64,000 nt of DNA from Laetmonice hystrix (GCA_965235115.1 OZ249436.1:14632001-14696000); one strand, 5' to 3'. Shown: positions 12,285-25,780, counted from the stretch's first letter. Notes: a model not told the origin generated them from the sequence alone. Numbers and translations: made by a program.

Positions 12285-12649
12285 CAGTGTTGCCAACCTG
12301 GGGAACCCAAAAGATCCTGACCCAATCCCGAATGACATGCGACCCATGCGTGCGCAATGACACGCATTCGCAAATCGCCCCTCTGAATTTGCAGACATGC
12401 CCTCACGTAGTTCCAAGATACCGTACATGGGTTTTTATAATGATTGTAACACATACTTTATTTGAAGTTTTTTTAATTTCAAAAACAAAGAAAACATCAC
12501 TAAAATTGAGTTTTGAAATATACTGACCCATTCTGACAATTTCTCTGAAAATACGGAGGTTTTTCGGAAAATACGGAAAATGGACATCTTGAAAAGGTAT
12601 TTGAAAATACAGAGGTTTCCATACAAAATACGGATGGTTGGCAACACTG
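12285..12649. mobile_element. 365-bp non-autonomous hAT-like MITE with 6-bp TSD (upstream of BFAR ATG, likely 5' UTR intron)
   Basis: Perfect 14-bp TIR CAGTGTTGCCAACC / GGTTGGCAACACTG, flanked by CTCATC on both sides (12279-12284 and 12650-12655). Subterminal AAAATACGGA-type repeats lie at 12549-12634. Confidence 0.82.
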
Positions 12650-12930
12650 CTCATCAGAGATGAAATTGTCCTGATTATCCTCAGAAATCCATGTTTTTTT
12701 TCACAGAGACACTGCCCATTGACATAGGACTAGCCTCCCCAAAAACCACCAGGAATTTTTCCAGTTGGCATTCTCATGCCTGCCCTCATAGACTCTATTA
12801 TGTGAGCATTTAGTCTGTTTGGCATCCAGATAAATATTAAACAAGAAATGTTTGAAATCATCCCCAACTTTATGCCATTAGAATCAATGCTGAATGAACA
12901 CAAAGAAATATGTTCTCTTCTTTGAGGGTC

Positions 12931-15900
12931 ATGGAGCAGGAAGAAGAGCAGGATTCAAGAGAGATCTCAACAGATTTGGAAGAAGAACAAGACAATGAAC
13001 AGAACAAAGATGAACCTGAGGAGTTTGCCAATGCGGGGTCACCTCTTGATAAAAAAGTCCAACGTAGCATATCAGAAGATTTTATTTGCCCATGCTGCTA
13101 CGAAATTTTGATTGATCCCACCACATTGAATTGTGGTCATAATTTCTGCAGACATTGTATTGCTTCGTGGTTCTTGTCCAGTAAACGTCAAGAGTGTCCA
13201 CAGTGTCGGCAGGAGTGGACAGGTAAACCACAGGTCAACCGGACACTAAGGTATTGTGCAGAAAGAATGCAGTAATATTTTTAGTCCAATCTTAAGGATT
13301 AAATTTTGACCAAGCTTGGAAAGTAGTCTTTTTTTTCGCTTTTAATAGAGGGTGTCCCCCAAAAGAGTCCAGGCCAAACCAGGCAACCTCAGGATCTATG
13401 CTCCCCCAGATCCAGAACAGGAATCTTCTTACATTCTTCTTCCAGAACAGGAATCTTCGTACAGTCTTTAATTGATCAAAACCAGTTAAGTGAATCAAAA
13501 GTTGTCAGTTTAGGTGCAGCAAGGTCAGCCCTCAACTAGCAGTGACTGACAGTGACTTTTCTCTTTCTTTTTTTTTCATTACATTTTCTTTCTTTTCTTT
13601 ATTTTTGTTCTCTTTGCTAAAGTTGCATGAACTAGGGTGTGACTTTGCTGCACCCAAGATGACATAACTTTTGATTCGCTTTCCAGATTTTGATGAAATA
13701 AAGATTTTTTCATGCAAGAAGATTTTCAGGATCTGGGAGAACATAGATGCGAAGCTTGCCTAGTTTGGCCTGGACATTTTTTGGGGACATCCTGTATATA
13801 GAGCTGTATGTTTACTGCAAATTCTTCTTGATATAGATATAGTTAATTAAAAAATATAAATAAAAACTACTAATATAATGGTCTACTTTGCAATATGATA
13901 CTAAAACACATTTTCTTTATGTTGTGTCCAGAAGTATTAGAATGATTAAATTTTCCTGTTCCCACTGGCAGGTCGATGATAGAGACGCTAAGAAGTGAAC
14001 ATATGAACATGCGTCTCAATTCCATGGATACAGCACATGTTAGGAAGGTTGTTGATCAGTTTGAGGCACATTTAGCAAGTAGCACTTCTCCTGGCCGTAT
14101 ACCGTCTTCACTTTACAACCCGGTCAAGCAAATTCTCAGCAATGCCACAATCTACCTGGTAGGTCAGAGGATCTTTTGGCCCCCAACTGGGGGGCTTCTA
14201 ATTTACCGTACATCTGGACGTCATGCCATATGTATGTCAGGCTGTCCACCATATTATATTCATATTATACATATTCATACTCACAGACCATAAACAAATC
14301 TTTATTACTGAAATATTTGTAAGCATTTAGCCATAACAAGTCAGAAAAGTACATAGAAAGTTGTGTAAACAGCCATTTACAACCTTTTAGGTGGTACATT
14401 AAAGGGTGGGGGGGGGATGTCCCTTTAGGGCTCTGTACTTATCCTATTTTCCCAGAAATGTTTATAGACAAAGTCTGCTGTGTTTCTGGTATGGATTGTG
14501 CTAACACTAAGTCCAGTGGGTCATGTAGATAAGATAACACGTGGTTATTTGGGGGCTAGTGGGAACATACGAGTTTTTAAATGAAACCCCAATAGGATAC
14601 CTCACCTTTGGGGATGAATAAGATAACCAGATGACAACCTATTAAAGGATCTTTTTTACCTTTAGAGTGCTGTTGACCAACTCTCTAACTTGGACTTTAA
14701 ATAACATGCCATAAGTCATCTTTAAAGCCTAAACATTATAAATGAAAGTATGACACCAGTAACGTTTACTGGTAATTTATAACTCCTTACATGTTTAATG
14801 TAAGCCTATATAACCAACGAAACTCTTCCAACTAACCCCACACAATGTTCCAGCTTACCCGGGTACACCATTGTGTGGGGGTAGTTGGGACCGTGTGTCC
14901 CTCTTGAGTTGGGGGGGGGGGGAGGTTTCGGCAGGTTAGGGTCATTAGGCATCTTAATGAGTTTGACTGAATCAAGGTGATCATGGGTGTGAGCTTGAAA
15001 AGGTTTAAGGCCGGGGAGTCTCAGGCGTACTAAAAGAGACCTATTCGGTGTGAGGTCTAAGTAGTCCAACCACGGGGGTTCCGTAAATTATGTAAATTTT
15101 TCTGACGATACTAAGAGGCTCCCAGGGTGTGGGTGTTATTTCTTTTTTGGTGACAAGAGAAGGCATATGAGGGGTAATAGATTTGCCAAAAGTACGCATA
15201 ATTCCTGGACCCACAGATAATTAAGGCTATGACGCACTGGACAAAATCGGGGCCGATCACGTCCTGATTCGGGACGTGATCGGGCGCCAGTGGGTCATAG
15301 GCAGTCGGGACCCAATCGGCACGAAACACTCCTGATTGCCCGCCGATTCAATATCAAAAAAGTTTGATATCTGACCAGCGCCGATCGCCTCCCGGCCCGA
15401 ACGGGCACCAAACGAATTGTCACCAATCGGGTCGGGGAGCGCAGTGTGTTATAGCCTTTTGTCCCTATCAGAGTATCCAGTTGGGGACTATGGCTCTGAC
15501 GGGGTCTTGTTATAATAAAGATTGGTATTTTCTAATGTGTTTTGAACTCCTGTCATGAGATGTTACCTTTCCTGTCTGAAGGTACTCTCATGTATTATCT
15601 CCTGCAGGTAATCCTGGTCCTGCAATACTTTGCTGGATCTCTGTGGTCAGATCCAATCAGTCAGAAGCCAATTACGAAATGGACAGTTGATGATGTTTCT
15701 AAGTGGTTAGTCTCCGATGTGGGAGCTTGGACAGAAAGGGAACTTGTACCAAGATTTAGGGAGCAAAAGATTGGTATGTCACCAATACATGTACAGAAAT
15801 ATAGTGACTTCTTTTTCTAAAATTATGTTTGAAAATACATGGAATTGTAACATTTTGAGAGATGAGTAAAGTCAAAATGTTGCTTGAGATTTGAATTCCT

Positions 15901-17337
15901 TATGTTATATCAAAAACACTGGGTTGGATATTTGATGTTAAATGACATTAAAGAAATACTTTATCTTTCAGATGGCTGGCTTCTCGTTGCCATGACTGAG
16001 GATGACATAGAAACTTTGGTTGATGCAACCGATTTACAGAGGCGAGGGTTCCGAATGGCACTATCTGTAGCACAGGATCTTGGGGTTAAAGCCCCTAGCA
16101 ACCTTTGGGAGTACAAGGTGGGGACATATTGGTATCATGGCGAGATACTCGTGATTGTATTTGTGTCACTCTATCTGTAGCAATCCCTGTACACTTACAC
16201 TCGCAAGCATTCACACAGAACCTAACTCATTTCCACTGTGTTAATCATTAGTTTATCCAAAGTCTAGAATGCCATGAGGAGTAGTGATAATGGTGTTATA
16301 GTAAGATTGATACAGTCAGACCTCATGTTTTACAATCCCAACACATTTTAATGGGCACCAAGCTGTGATTTTATTGTAAATTTTATAATCTATAGCCATT
16401 GTACTGACTTCTCTTTCTCCATCTACAGAACATGTATTTGGGTAGGTCTGTGTTCCTGATGTCTGTAGTATGGCTCCAACCTCGAATGACGCTGATTTAC
16501 CTCCTATTATTTGAATACAACACTGTCTTCTTACCAATCATCCACACCAGCGCACCTGTATATGAGGATATAGCTGACATCAACTTGTACATAGCAAAGG
16601 TAATATGGGATTCAAAGAATCATTTGGTGGGGGTTAAGGGTCCCAGACTTTATCGTTATTTTAGAATCCAAGTGTAAACATGAACAAAACAAATACATGT
16701 ATTGTAATGTTGGATTTGTGTCCAGGTTTTGAGAAGTTTGGTCGGTGGGAACATAATGAAAAGTTATGATTGGCATGTGTTACAGCTTCCCTCGCCGAGA
16801 GTATCGCAGTGGGTTATCCTCGGGGTCAAGGCAATATTCTGCCCTTGTCTCATAGTGATAGAGTTCTCCAGGCGCATGAAGGAGTGGTTTAGCTGGCTTT
16901 TCATTCTCGCCAGCTTTCTCTGGTTCAGCTATACAGATGCTATGTGGCTGAAAGGTCTACTCGCCAATAGGTGAGTGCAAGTGTTTTGCATTATGACTTT
17001 AAGATGTACAGCAATATTTTTTGCCAGAAGTTAGAATTTAAATGACTGGTAGTCACTGCGTGTTTTCCAAATATGTCCAGGTAGAGCCATTATATAAATT
17101 ACAAGGGATCTTGCCAAATGTCAAATTTATTCTGTTATTTTCTTTTAAAGGCGGAACTGGCTCCTCTACAGTATGCAGGCACTGAAAAACTTCGTCCCAT
17201 CTCTATTTGTGTTGGTATTCTGGCCAATCTTACCAACTTTCCTGATTAATCTCGGTTTTAATTTCATGTTTTATGTATTGCCCTTGACATACCTTGTCGC
17301 CATGTACTATCATGCATTAGCTTTCGTGGCCCGTTAA
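12931..17337 (+). CDS. BFAR: Bifunctional apoptosis regulator (C3HC4 RING E3 ligase, SAM domain, multi-pass membrane C-terminus), 7 coding exons, ~453 aa
   Basis: Exons total 1362 nt: 12931-13250, 13972-14158, 15608-15773, 15972-16117, 16429-16599, 16786-16970, 17151-17337. Motifs: RING CPCCYEILIDPTTLNCGHNFCRHCIASWFLSSKRQECPQC; SAM KPITKWTVDDVSKWL...; LGVKAPSNLWEYK; YLLLFEYNTVFLPIIHT; FWPILP. These match recalled human BFAR (NPTTLNCGHSFCRHC, LGVKPPQNLWEYK, FLPFIHT). Confidence 0.93.
15223..15458. mobile_element. Non-autonomous TIR element (MITE), superfamily unassigned, in BFAR intron
   Basis: Imperfect 18-bp TIR (AAGGCTATGACGCACTGG vs AAGGCTATAACACACTGC, 15/18 identity). The interior is rich in CCGATC/AATCGG sub-repeats and small hairpins. 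No clear TSD. Confidence 0.65.
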
Positions 17338-18111
17338 TTAATACAAAATCTGCAGCAGACCTCATATTACCTTTAATGTTACTGCTGAAGAGCACCACGA
17401 GTTGGGGTTCTCATTACTCAGAAACTTTCCGTTATGGATACACATTATTGTACCGAGTACCGGCACATATCGATGGAAAATGGTGGATTTGAGAAAAATT
17501 GTAGGTGTAGTTGCAGAAGGGATATTTTATTTTGTTAGGTTAGACATTGAGAATTAGTTACCGGGGTAAGAGCCATGATGTCATAAATGAGTGGGTGAAC
17601 AGTACTCAAAGAGGAGACAGGCTGGCAGCATGTGCTACTGTGTAATGGTTTATTACATGTATTACAAGTGTATATTTATTCAGAAATTCTTATTTACATA
17701 GGAATATGAAGTACACAATATTAAACCATGTTATCCTGCAGAAATCCTTAAAAAAACGTGTTGTCCAAATTTTGGGGAAAAGCATAATTATGTCGTCCTC
17801 ATGCAAGCTTACTCAGGTCAGGTTACCTGGAATTTACTGGGGAGATATAAAGGGACCAGTTACTCGTGTTAATTCTCAGTCAGACACTTGAATCCTGTGT
17901 TCATGACATACAGTATATCTATTGAATACATCAACGAATTACGATACATTGTATCACCTTTTATGGAAATTTGAACATTAGAATTTACTTGTTATGATAT
18001 ATTTGAAATTAGACCTGAGGTCTGAATTGTTTACAGAAAATAGTGAGTATTATAACTGGTGAAAGACTGTTCATTCCATCGTATTTGATGCTGATAGTAT
18101 ACTATAATGGT

Positions 18112-18187
18112 TTAGGACGTGTAGCATTGACACTGGGTAATGACAGACGTGTTAGGACGTGTAGCATTGACACTGGGTAATGACAGA
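18112..18187. repeat. 40-bp tandem duplication (about 1.9 copies)
   Basis: TTAGGACGTGTAGCATTGACACTGGGTAATGACAGA occurs at 18112 and 18152. Confidence 0.9.
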
Positions 18188-19547
18188 TTATTTGAAGGGT
18201 TGGTAACTTGGCAGGTGTTCGTCATCAAACCCAGCCAGGTATTGTGGTTGATTATTGGGATTATCATGATGGAACCAGACAGATCGGCGTGACGTCATTT
18301 AAATCTGTGTACACTTCAGGTTTTATCTCAGCTGACGTCCTGATCGAGATGTACATACCTGTATCAATTGCTCAAACCTAAAACTAGCCGTGGCAGTAGC
18401 TCAGTAATCTATTTCATACATGTGCTGTGACAATACCGCATCATAACATGACTTTATATTTTATATTAACAAGATAACCTACAAATGTTTTTAGAAAGTG
18501 TCATATTTAAAGATGTTAAGATTAGTTCCTGCTCCATGGCTTCCATGGTTGAACCAGCAATTAAAGCCCAGGTTTTGACACACATGTTTATTCAGAAAAT
18601 ATGACAGTATCATCAGTATCAGTATCCCAGCGGGTAATATTTGGAGTCATTATTCAGCAGCTGTTTAGTGTAAAGTATATTTCAGGACATTTTAGTTAAC
18701 AAAATAATTGTTAATGAACTGATGAAGAGACCGATTAAATGATGTGAAACATAGCGCCAGTGTTGGTCTTTGTTCCTGTCACCGTATATTAAAGCATAGG
18801 GGTATTTAAATATGGCGGCCTCATTATCACGGGTGTGAGGCCGTAAGGAAAGGATAATTTCGTAGGGAAGGGGTATTTTCCTTCCTTGTTTTAATTTAGC
18901 AAATATTGAAGGGTTCCAGAGGCTAAGAAAGTAATTCAGCATGTGCGTTAAAATTCCAGAAAATGTTATTTGACGAATAGTTCTCTTCCAAACTGTATTC
19001 CTTTTAAATATTTTGACCATGAATGCATGCTGTATGTGGACGTTACAATGTAGACCTATTTGCTCTGTGCGCTAAGATAACGAGTCTTGAAAACCTCTTT
19101 TTAATGAAGTCAGAAGTCGTTAATCAAAGAATTTCCAGACTGTAGAGCCTACGTACCGCGTGCCACAATCTGATCTAATGACACCAAGATAAGAATTCCT
19201 GACCTAAGTAGGAGACTTTCCGCGTTCCACATGATGTAAGCGTTGGTTACAGATTACGTACCATGCGGCCTAATTATCACATGAGGTCTACCCGTGTACC
19301 AACAACAGTCGTCATTTTATCACCTATGTCAGATAGGAAGTCTTGAAATGAAATCCACTCCGATATCAGCCAACGGACTTTCTGACGGTTTTGTGGTAGG
19401 GCCTAGGCCTACACGGCTACAGTCCTAATATCAAACTGTCTTCAGTATTTTGTTAGTGTCATTCTTTCAGACACAGGAATAAAATTCCTAAACGTAGAGA
19501 AAATAAATGGAATGGGGAGCCTTTACAGTGACTACGTCTACGGTACC

Positions 19548-19640
19548 TTAGGGGCCGTCCATAAATTACGTAACGCTCAGGGGGTGGGGGTGAGGGTATA
19601 GATCTATGTCCAAGCGTTACGGTCCATTATAAAGCTCCAT
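19548..19640. mobile_element. Probable MITE end fragment
   Basis: TTAGGGGCCGTCCATAAATTACGTAACGC followed by a G-rich tract and repeated AGCGTTAC. This resembles a recalled invertebrate MITE terminus; the other end was not identified. Confidence 0.4.
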
Positions 19641-19851
19641 TGAAAGCGTTACAGGTGTCTATAGACAGGGATATCTAAAGAGGCCTATTATGTCAGTGTT
19701 GGGAGGACACCTTTTAGATGTGCGTATGATGTATTTTTTACGCACTGATCTTTCCGTACTTCAGATTTGGAACCTTTTAGGTGGTACAATACGCGGAAAT
19801 AAAGGATATGAGATCAACCTGTACGACCTAAGGCGCCCTCTATCTTGGAGT

Positions 19852-19864
19852 TGCCACCTAGCGG
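19852..19864 (-). promoter_or_regulatory. CTCF-like motif between the convergent BFAR and NDST 3' ends
   Basis: Minus strand reads CCGCTAGGTGGCA, a close match to the CTCF core. A partial second site, TAGAGGGCGCC, lies at 19832-19842. Confidence 0.4.
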
Positions 19865-20402
19865 CACAGAGCTGACACACAGCTGGCTGGCAATGGACTG
19901 ACCAGAGGCAATTTGTATACCAAGGAGAGATAAAGATACAATAAGGAGCTTACTACATGTACTAGTAGAGTCATATAACAACAGAAATTGAGAGAGTAGG
20001 GGATGGACGAAGGAAGAAAAGGTCGGACTGTTGCCATGATGGTATTGCCCATTATATCTAAGCTGACGATTAGAGAGAACAGGTCTTCCGTACTTCAGAT
20101 TTGAAATTAACTTTTTCCAGATGAATAAACGGAAATACAAAGATATGAGATCAACATTCGTTTTCTGCTATTTTCTTTGCTATGTAGTGATTTTGGCGTG
20201 GCAAATTTAGGCAGACTGACCGATAAGGGAGTTAGGGACTCTTGGCGACTCGGGGAGGGTGGCACCAGCTGGTCACCCACAAAACGTGGGCTCGAGTGAC
20301 AACAGGAGTACCGAAAACCACAGCTGATGACAATGGGGTCCTTTTCTGATTGCTCCTATGAAATTACACGGACAACGTTTCTTTTCTTGTACAAATAATA
20401 TC

Positions 20403-20408
20403 TTTATT
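20403..20408 (-). terminator. Candidate distal polyadenylation signal of NDST (would imply a ~5.7-kb 3' UTR)
   Basis: AATAAA on the minus strand, followed by U/GU-rich sequence. No credible coding exons were found between it and the NDST stop codon. This is inference only. Confidence 0.35.
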
Positions 20409-23400
20409 TGACAAGGTTACCCGTTATGTGTAGGTAATTATGTCATACAAACTGCCGTGCCTCATCTCTAGTATAGCCACTTGGTCAGTTTGTGCCAAAA
20501 CTCGAGCGGCGGGGAGTTGCTGACTGAAGCTGTCACCAGTGGTCTTCTCGAAGCTTTCCTATAGTCTTTAAATTACTGACCACATCACGATCTCATTCTG
20601 TGTGGTACAGAATGAGGCCTCGGGCAATACTATGTCTTCATACCAGCCTTCATAGAAGGCCTCTACAGGAGTGAATCTGTACAAAATGTAAGCTTTCTGT
20701 ACCACACATAAAAATGCCATAACACCAAACACTCCACACTTCATACTGATGAATCATTATTATGTGTATTATCATTACTAATAGTGTAACATCATAAATG
20801 TCTATGTCTATATACATTGTTATATATGCATCAACTCAATACATGCAGCTCGGTGGGAAGGGAAAGAAGACTGAATGACAAACGCACCGCTTACAAATAT
20901 AGCAGTCATCATGCTAAGACTGGTTGCATGGGTTCCTGGAGTTTCTGCTCCCCTCCACCTTCTTTCACCCTGAATCAATTTGTGATAACTTCATGAATGT
21001 TTACCAAAACTGCATGATATCTTTCAAAACTTTTAGCATTCATATCTCATGAGCCATGGATGCTCCATATGAGAAGATTTTCCAAACTGTGATCAATGTA
21101 GTGGCCGCAACAAGTCAAGAGTATTATGGCTTCAGCCTTTGAGCTTTGTCAAATCGGATTCTTCTGTGTTAATACCGTAGTTATGCTCCTCTAACATTAC
21201 AAACATACACACACAGACACCCCTTTGATATGTTCAACCAGTCACATTCAACTCTTTTCCTCAGATAATATTTTCTTCGCACTTCAAATGGAACCGATAA
21301 ATTAAGTGGTACGTACACTCATTATACTGCTTGTATCCCTCTATGGCATTCTTCTATTCCAAAATCTTATCTTTCATTAGGTGAGGTTATTCAAACGTCG
21401 TCATAAAACTCAGAACCACAGAATTAAAACTGGTTATCACTTTCATCATATGTAAAAATTATTTGCTTTATAACACAGTTTAAAAACTGTTAGTTTAAAC
21501 TGGCACGTGTGCCACCGGCTCTGGCGGACATACAGCGAGGTACCTAACAAAGTATTGACCAATTAAAGTACCGAAAAAATAAGTGCAACTTTTTACCTCA
21601 CACATAAAATGTACATGATCTTCCCGAAGCCAGGTCGTATCAATGGTAATCGTCATACTTATTTCTCTGTCTACACGCCCTGTACCTTTAAATTGTGTTT
21701 CACATTAATTATGAAAACCTTGGTTAACCCTTGGTTTCAATCATAGGAGTCTATCGGGGGAAGTGTGGGGGGGGGGGGGGGGGGCTACCTGACGAAAAGT
21801 GCACGGGCGTCGGTAGCTATTTGGATAAGAGAACTCAGTAAATGACCTTTGTAAATTTTACAGACGCCCCCCCCCCCTCCCCCCCCATCTGATGCCCCTA
21901 CGGTCATATTGTCAGTTTGCCCCACCCAAATGCAGATGCCTAAACGTAAAGAATCGACGCCGATTCTTAGATGTTTTAGATCTTGTGTTGACAGAGAGAT
22001 TTGGTTGAACCAAGATGATTGCGAAGTGATAGCAGGCCCAATCACAGTTAGTTTGACATCAATTATACATGTCACTCTTGACCAAAACGGGTCGTAGAAA
22101 TACTTTTGTGGGAAAATGGGACCTGGTGTAGAGAAACAGTCTATGTATAACAGAATCAAAATAGGCCTACATCTGCCTTCGACCAAAATCTCTTTTGACG
22201 AAGATTGGCAGTCAAAATGACCTCTTACGCTAGGAAATCGTCTCTTGATAGTGACTATCACCTAGAATTAATAACCGATACATGTACGTTTGAGGCGTGA
22301 TACACATGGTTAGATTACTCTTCTCTCACATTCCTTCCTTTCTCCATCACAAAAATATAGATTTATATTATTCTACATCCCTCTCCTCCTCTATATATGT
22401 ACAATAATCACACATGTAAACGTTTCACTGCGTACATTATCTCGGACATTCTGCAATACACAGCCGAGGATCGGTTTTCGCTGGCTCAATATGAGCTATG
22501 TCTCTCACTGCTAATAACGCCTTTAGAAAGGTTCTATTCATCGCCAACCGAGCAGCTATATCCTGATTAAAACACTCTTGTCTTATCAATGTTGGTCTTA
22601 TTAATCTCTGAGCAGTTGTAACTGAAACACTGGAAATGTGGATCCTAAGAGCCGTGCGGTAATAACTAAGAATGTATTCCCACACAGGTAATTTCTCAGA
22701 ATGTGTACCCTATATGATGAACTCATGTTTAGCTGTCTGACCTCTACAACCTATCGCTCTATAGGAAAGTACAAGAAGCGTGATACGTATTGAGGGAAAG
22801 TATTCGCTGATACCTGTATGTGAGAACTGCAGGTACCGACTCGAGGCTACCATTAAAATATATTTCTAGAAGTGGACTTTAATGACTGTAATTTGTTAAA
22901 AAGTCACGTTGTCGTACCATAACACAATCAGTAGCAAAACTTCTAACTCAAAGACAGTGTACATTGCTTCATATACCTTTAACATACATGAGAAGAATAC
23001 AACACCGTATTTAAAATACTGGCACCTTTAGTGCTACCCATACTATGATCTCAAACAAAATTTATATTTCTGTAGTCATATAGCACTTTGCGGAAAAGAA
23101 AATACTGACCAGTCTACCTGTGCCCAGCCCTTTGATAATTCACTCGACTGTCTTTGAAAATAAAATGTACACAAAACATGTACCTAACCAGTACACCATG
23201 ATAAGGAATCGACTGGAACTAATGGCAGCCTGATAATGATCTGGCTGACATGCGCGGGCTTAGCAAACGCCTGCCATAACACTAGTCAGTACACACGTTG
23301 TACGACACACACACACACTACTACGTCATTGGTTAACGGTGGGGTATATAACGGCCGTGTGTGATACTACAACCAGTAGTTTGTATTATTGTAACAGTAA

Positions 23401-24485
23401 CAGCTATACATAACACAGGACTAATCTGTGCTGATACTGTGTCAGTTGTCTTTGGCTTTGTGTTGAAGATCTACTTGCTCGCACTAGGAACATCATCAAT
23501 GTGGTATGGCTGGAAACCTGCGGGAGGAGGGGCGTTACGTTCACTCAAGTTATTAATAAAGGCTCTAGCAATCTTTCTATAGACACGGCAGATCATGTAA
23601 CAGCGAACCTCATGTGGCATCCGACGATGAAATAATTTTCAAGTCGTGTTCATTAGCTGGATTCAAGCAAGAGTACCTAGGATTCTGCTTGCACTTTTAG
23701 GCCTGTCATATCTTTCATTGCAACGTCAAGTACTTTAAAATTTTATTTCAATCCTTCCTTTGGTGATTTAACATGTATATTCTTCTACCACAAGGTTATA
23801 AATTTGCCATTCACTCTACAAGATATCGATAATGATAAATAGACAAAATGAAATTTGTATAGTTTTTGTCATACAGATCCAGAGCACATGTTGTGAATTG
23901 TACCATTACGAGTGTAGTGGATACATGACTAAAGTCACCAAGTCAGTACCCACAGATTTACTTCCTAATCTGAACACGGCTATTAGAGCACTGCATTCGT
24001 GATTTTTATATAGTCTTACGTACATGACCTCCTGGCCGTTGAATGACTTCAGCTGGATAGATGGTCAGAACACTATGTCCTGATGAGAATGCCGTGTTGT
24101 AATACTGTGACTCCGCCAACACCCAGAAACCCCTACCCCTGACAGAAAAATCTTCGCACGAATTGTCGCCTTTAAACTTCCAGTTTTTATATTATACGTT
24201 GATCTGTTTCACTGACCGGTTGAAACTTGCCTGTCCGAATCTAAGTACCATTTTGACATTAAATCTAGCGGAAAAAGCCACGAGCCATATAGCTCCCTTC
24301 AACAAATCTGAGGCAAGTAGCACATTGTAACCAACACACGCGGTAACACGTCAAGAGTAAGCCGTTGTATTATTGACTTCAATGACCTGCAATAAATCTC
24401 TGAATTTGCAGCAAACGTCAGAATTTCAACAACAGTGATCCAGTACCATGCAAATTCACATCTTTACAAAATGTATCTCTAGCCT

Positions 24486-24569
24486 GGTTCCCCTGCCCGC
24501 CGCTACGCTCATTGGCGCTGATGGTCGCTCGCATCAGCGCCAAGGAGCGTAGCGGCGGGCAGGGGAACC
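24486..24569. repeat. 84-bp GC-rich near-perfect palindrome (38-bp stem, 8-nt loop)
   Basis: GGTTCCCCTGCCCGCCGCTACGCTC-A-TTGGCGCTGATG [GTCGCTCG] CATCAGCGCCAA-G-GAGCGTAGCGGCGGGCAGGGGAACC, with a single mismatch. Confidence 0.92.
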
Positions 24570-25780
24570 TAATATATCCCCAGCAGGGGAAGGCGTCTTG
24601 AGTCATGGCCTTGAGTTCAAAACCATTCAGTGTCGGAGCTATAGCAGGGATACACCCATGGTTGGGGAATCAGTTTGTGGAAATTACTGGGTGTGGTCTA
24701 CATGTAGGTGTAAACAGTATAATCAGACAGTCCACACGTACAGTTCACACATAAAGGCCTTTCACAGGTTATCAATTATAGAGGATCTATGTAGACGTAA
24801 ATAAACCCAATATGTAAAGAAGCGCAAGTAAAATCCTTGCAATAACACTTCTGTACAAATACATTACTCATAGCTTATAGTACTAAAAATATACTGGAAA
24901 TTGGTAGCTCAAATTGGTTACCAAAATAAGGTGTTTGCTCAGCTAAATCTTAGTCGTAACTGCTTACTTGTGCTTAGGCCGCAGAATGTTTGCAAGACTA
25001 CTGCTAACACTGAAACGCAAGAGCCCCCAACTACGGATTACTATCTCACGGTATTCCAGTACCCAAGTATTTATCCTGTATCACTCTATTTAAAATGTCT
25101 TTCATTCACACGATGCAACGAGGACATTGTAGTAGGGTTGGAAACCTTTGTTAATAGGAAAACACAACCTTCGCCCAACTAGTTAATTATAGTTAAATAA
25201 TTCAATTTAGCGGTTCCGTCCAACTACAAATACACGGCACTGTGGTTCTCTTCATACTGTTTTCTGAGAATTGTAGAAACAAATCAATAATCCTGTGTTC
25301 TGGTCCTACTTTCACAATAATACTGTTAATTATTTTTGTGCCTTACCACGTAATATAATTTTCTGCAATCTTTCCATAATATAACAATATGTGACTATGA
25401 GCAATGCTGGGTCTTCATGGTATCCGATATTGTTCCGTGCATACGTCAGCGTCACCGGTTCTAACCCCCCCCCCCTCCATCCCCCTCCTGGGTGAGGTTG
25501 TAAGGTGGTGTGGCACTGGCTGACCTCCCACCACGTACTGACCGTCTGACAGACCGAGTGTTACATGACGTCCCACCGCGCGTCCTCCTTCTCCCGCGGG
25601 CCTCCACCAGGTGGCGTGACGTCGTGTCATCAGACAGCACCACCACCAGACGCCGCTGTATACAACTAACCTGGTCCGTCTGATCCACACCGTCAGTCAA
25701 CAAACCTGACGGCCTGTACTGTCACTCAGTCGTATATCTATATAACAACGATAAACACGGCCAGTACCACCTCTCTGTGT

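Noticed and set aside
11821-21784. Long C/G homopolymer runs (C18 at 11821-11838, G12 at 14911-14922, G18 at 21767-21784)
   Set aside because: These are common in such genomes, often inside repeats, and their lengths are unreliable in assemblies. There is no specific functional evidence.
21785-22685. 158-aa and 82-aa minus-strand ORFs
   Set aside because: They have no recognisable motifs and include G/C homopolymer-derived Gly runs. The region looks like NDST 3' UTR or intergenic sequence.
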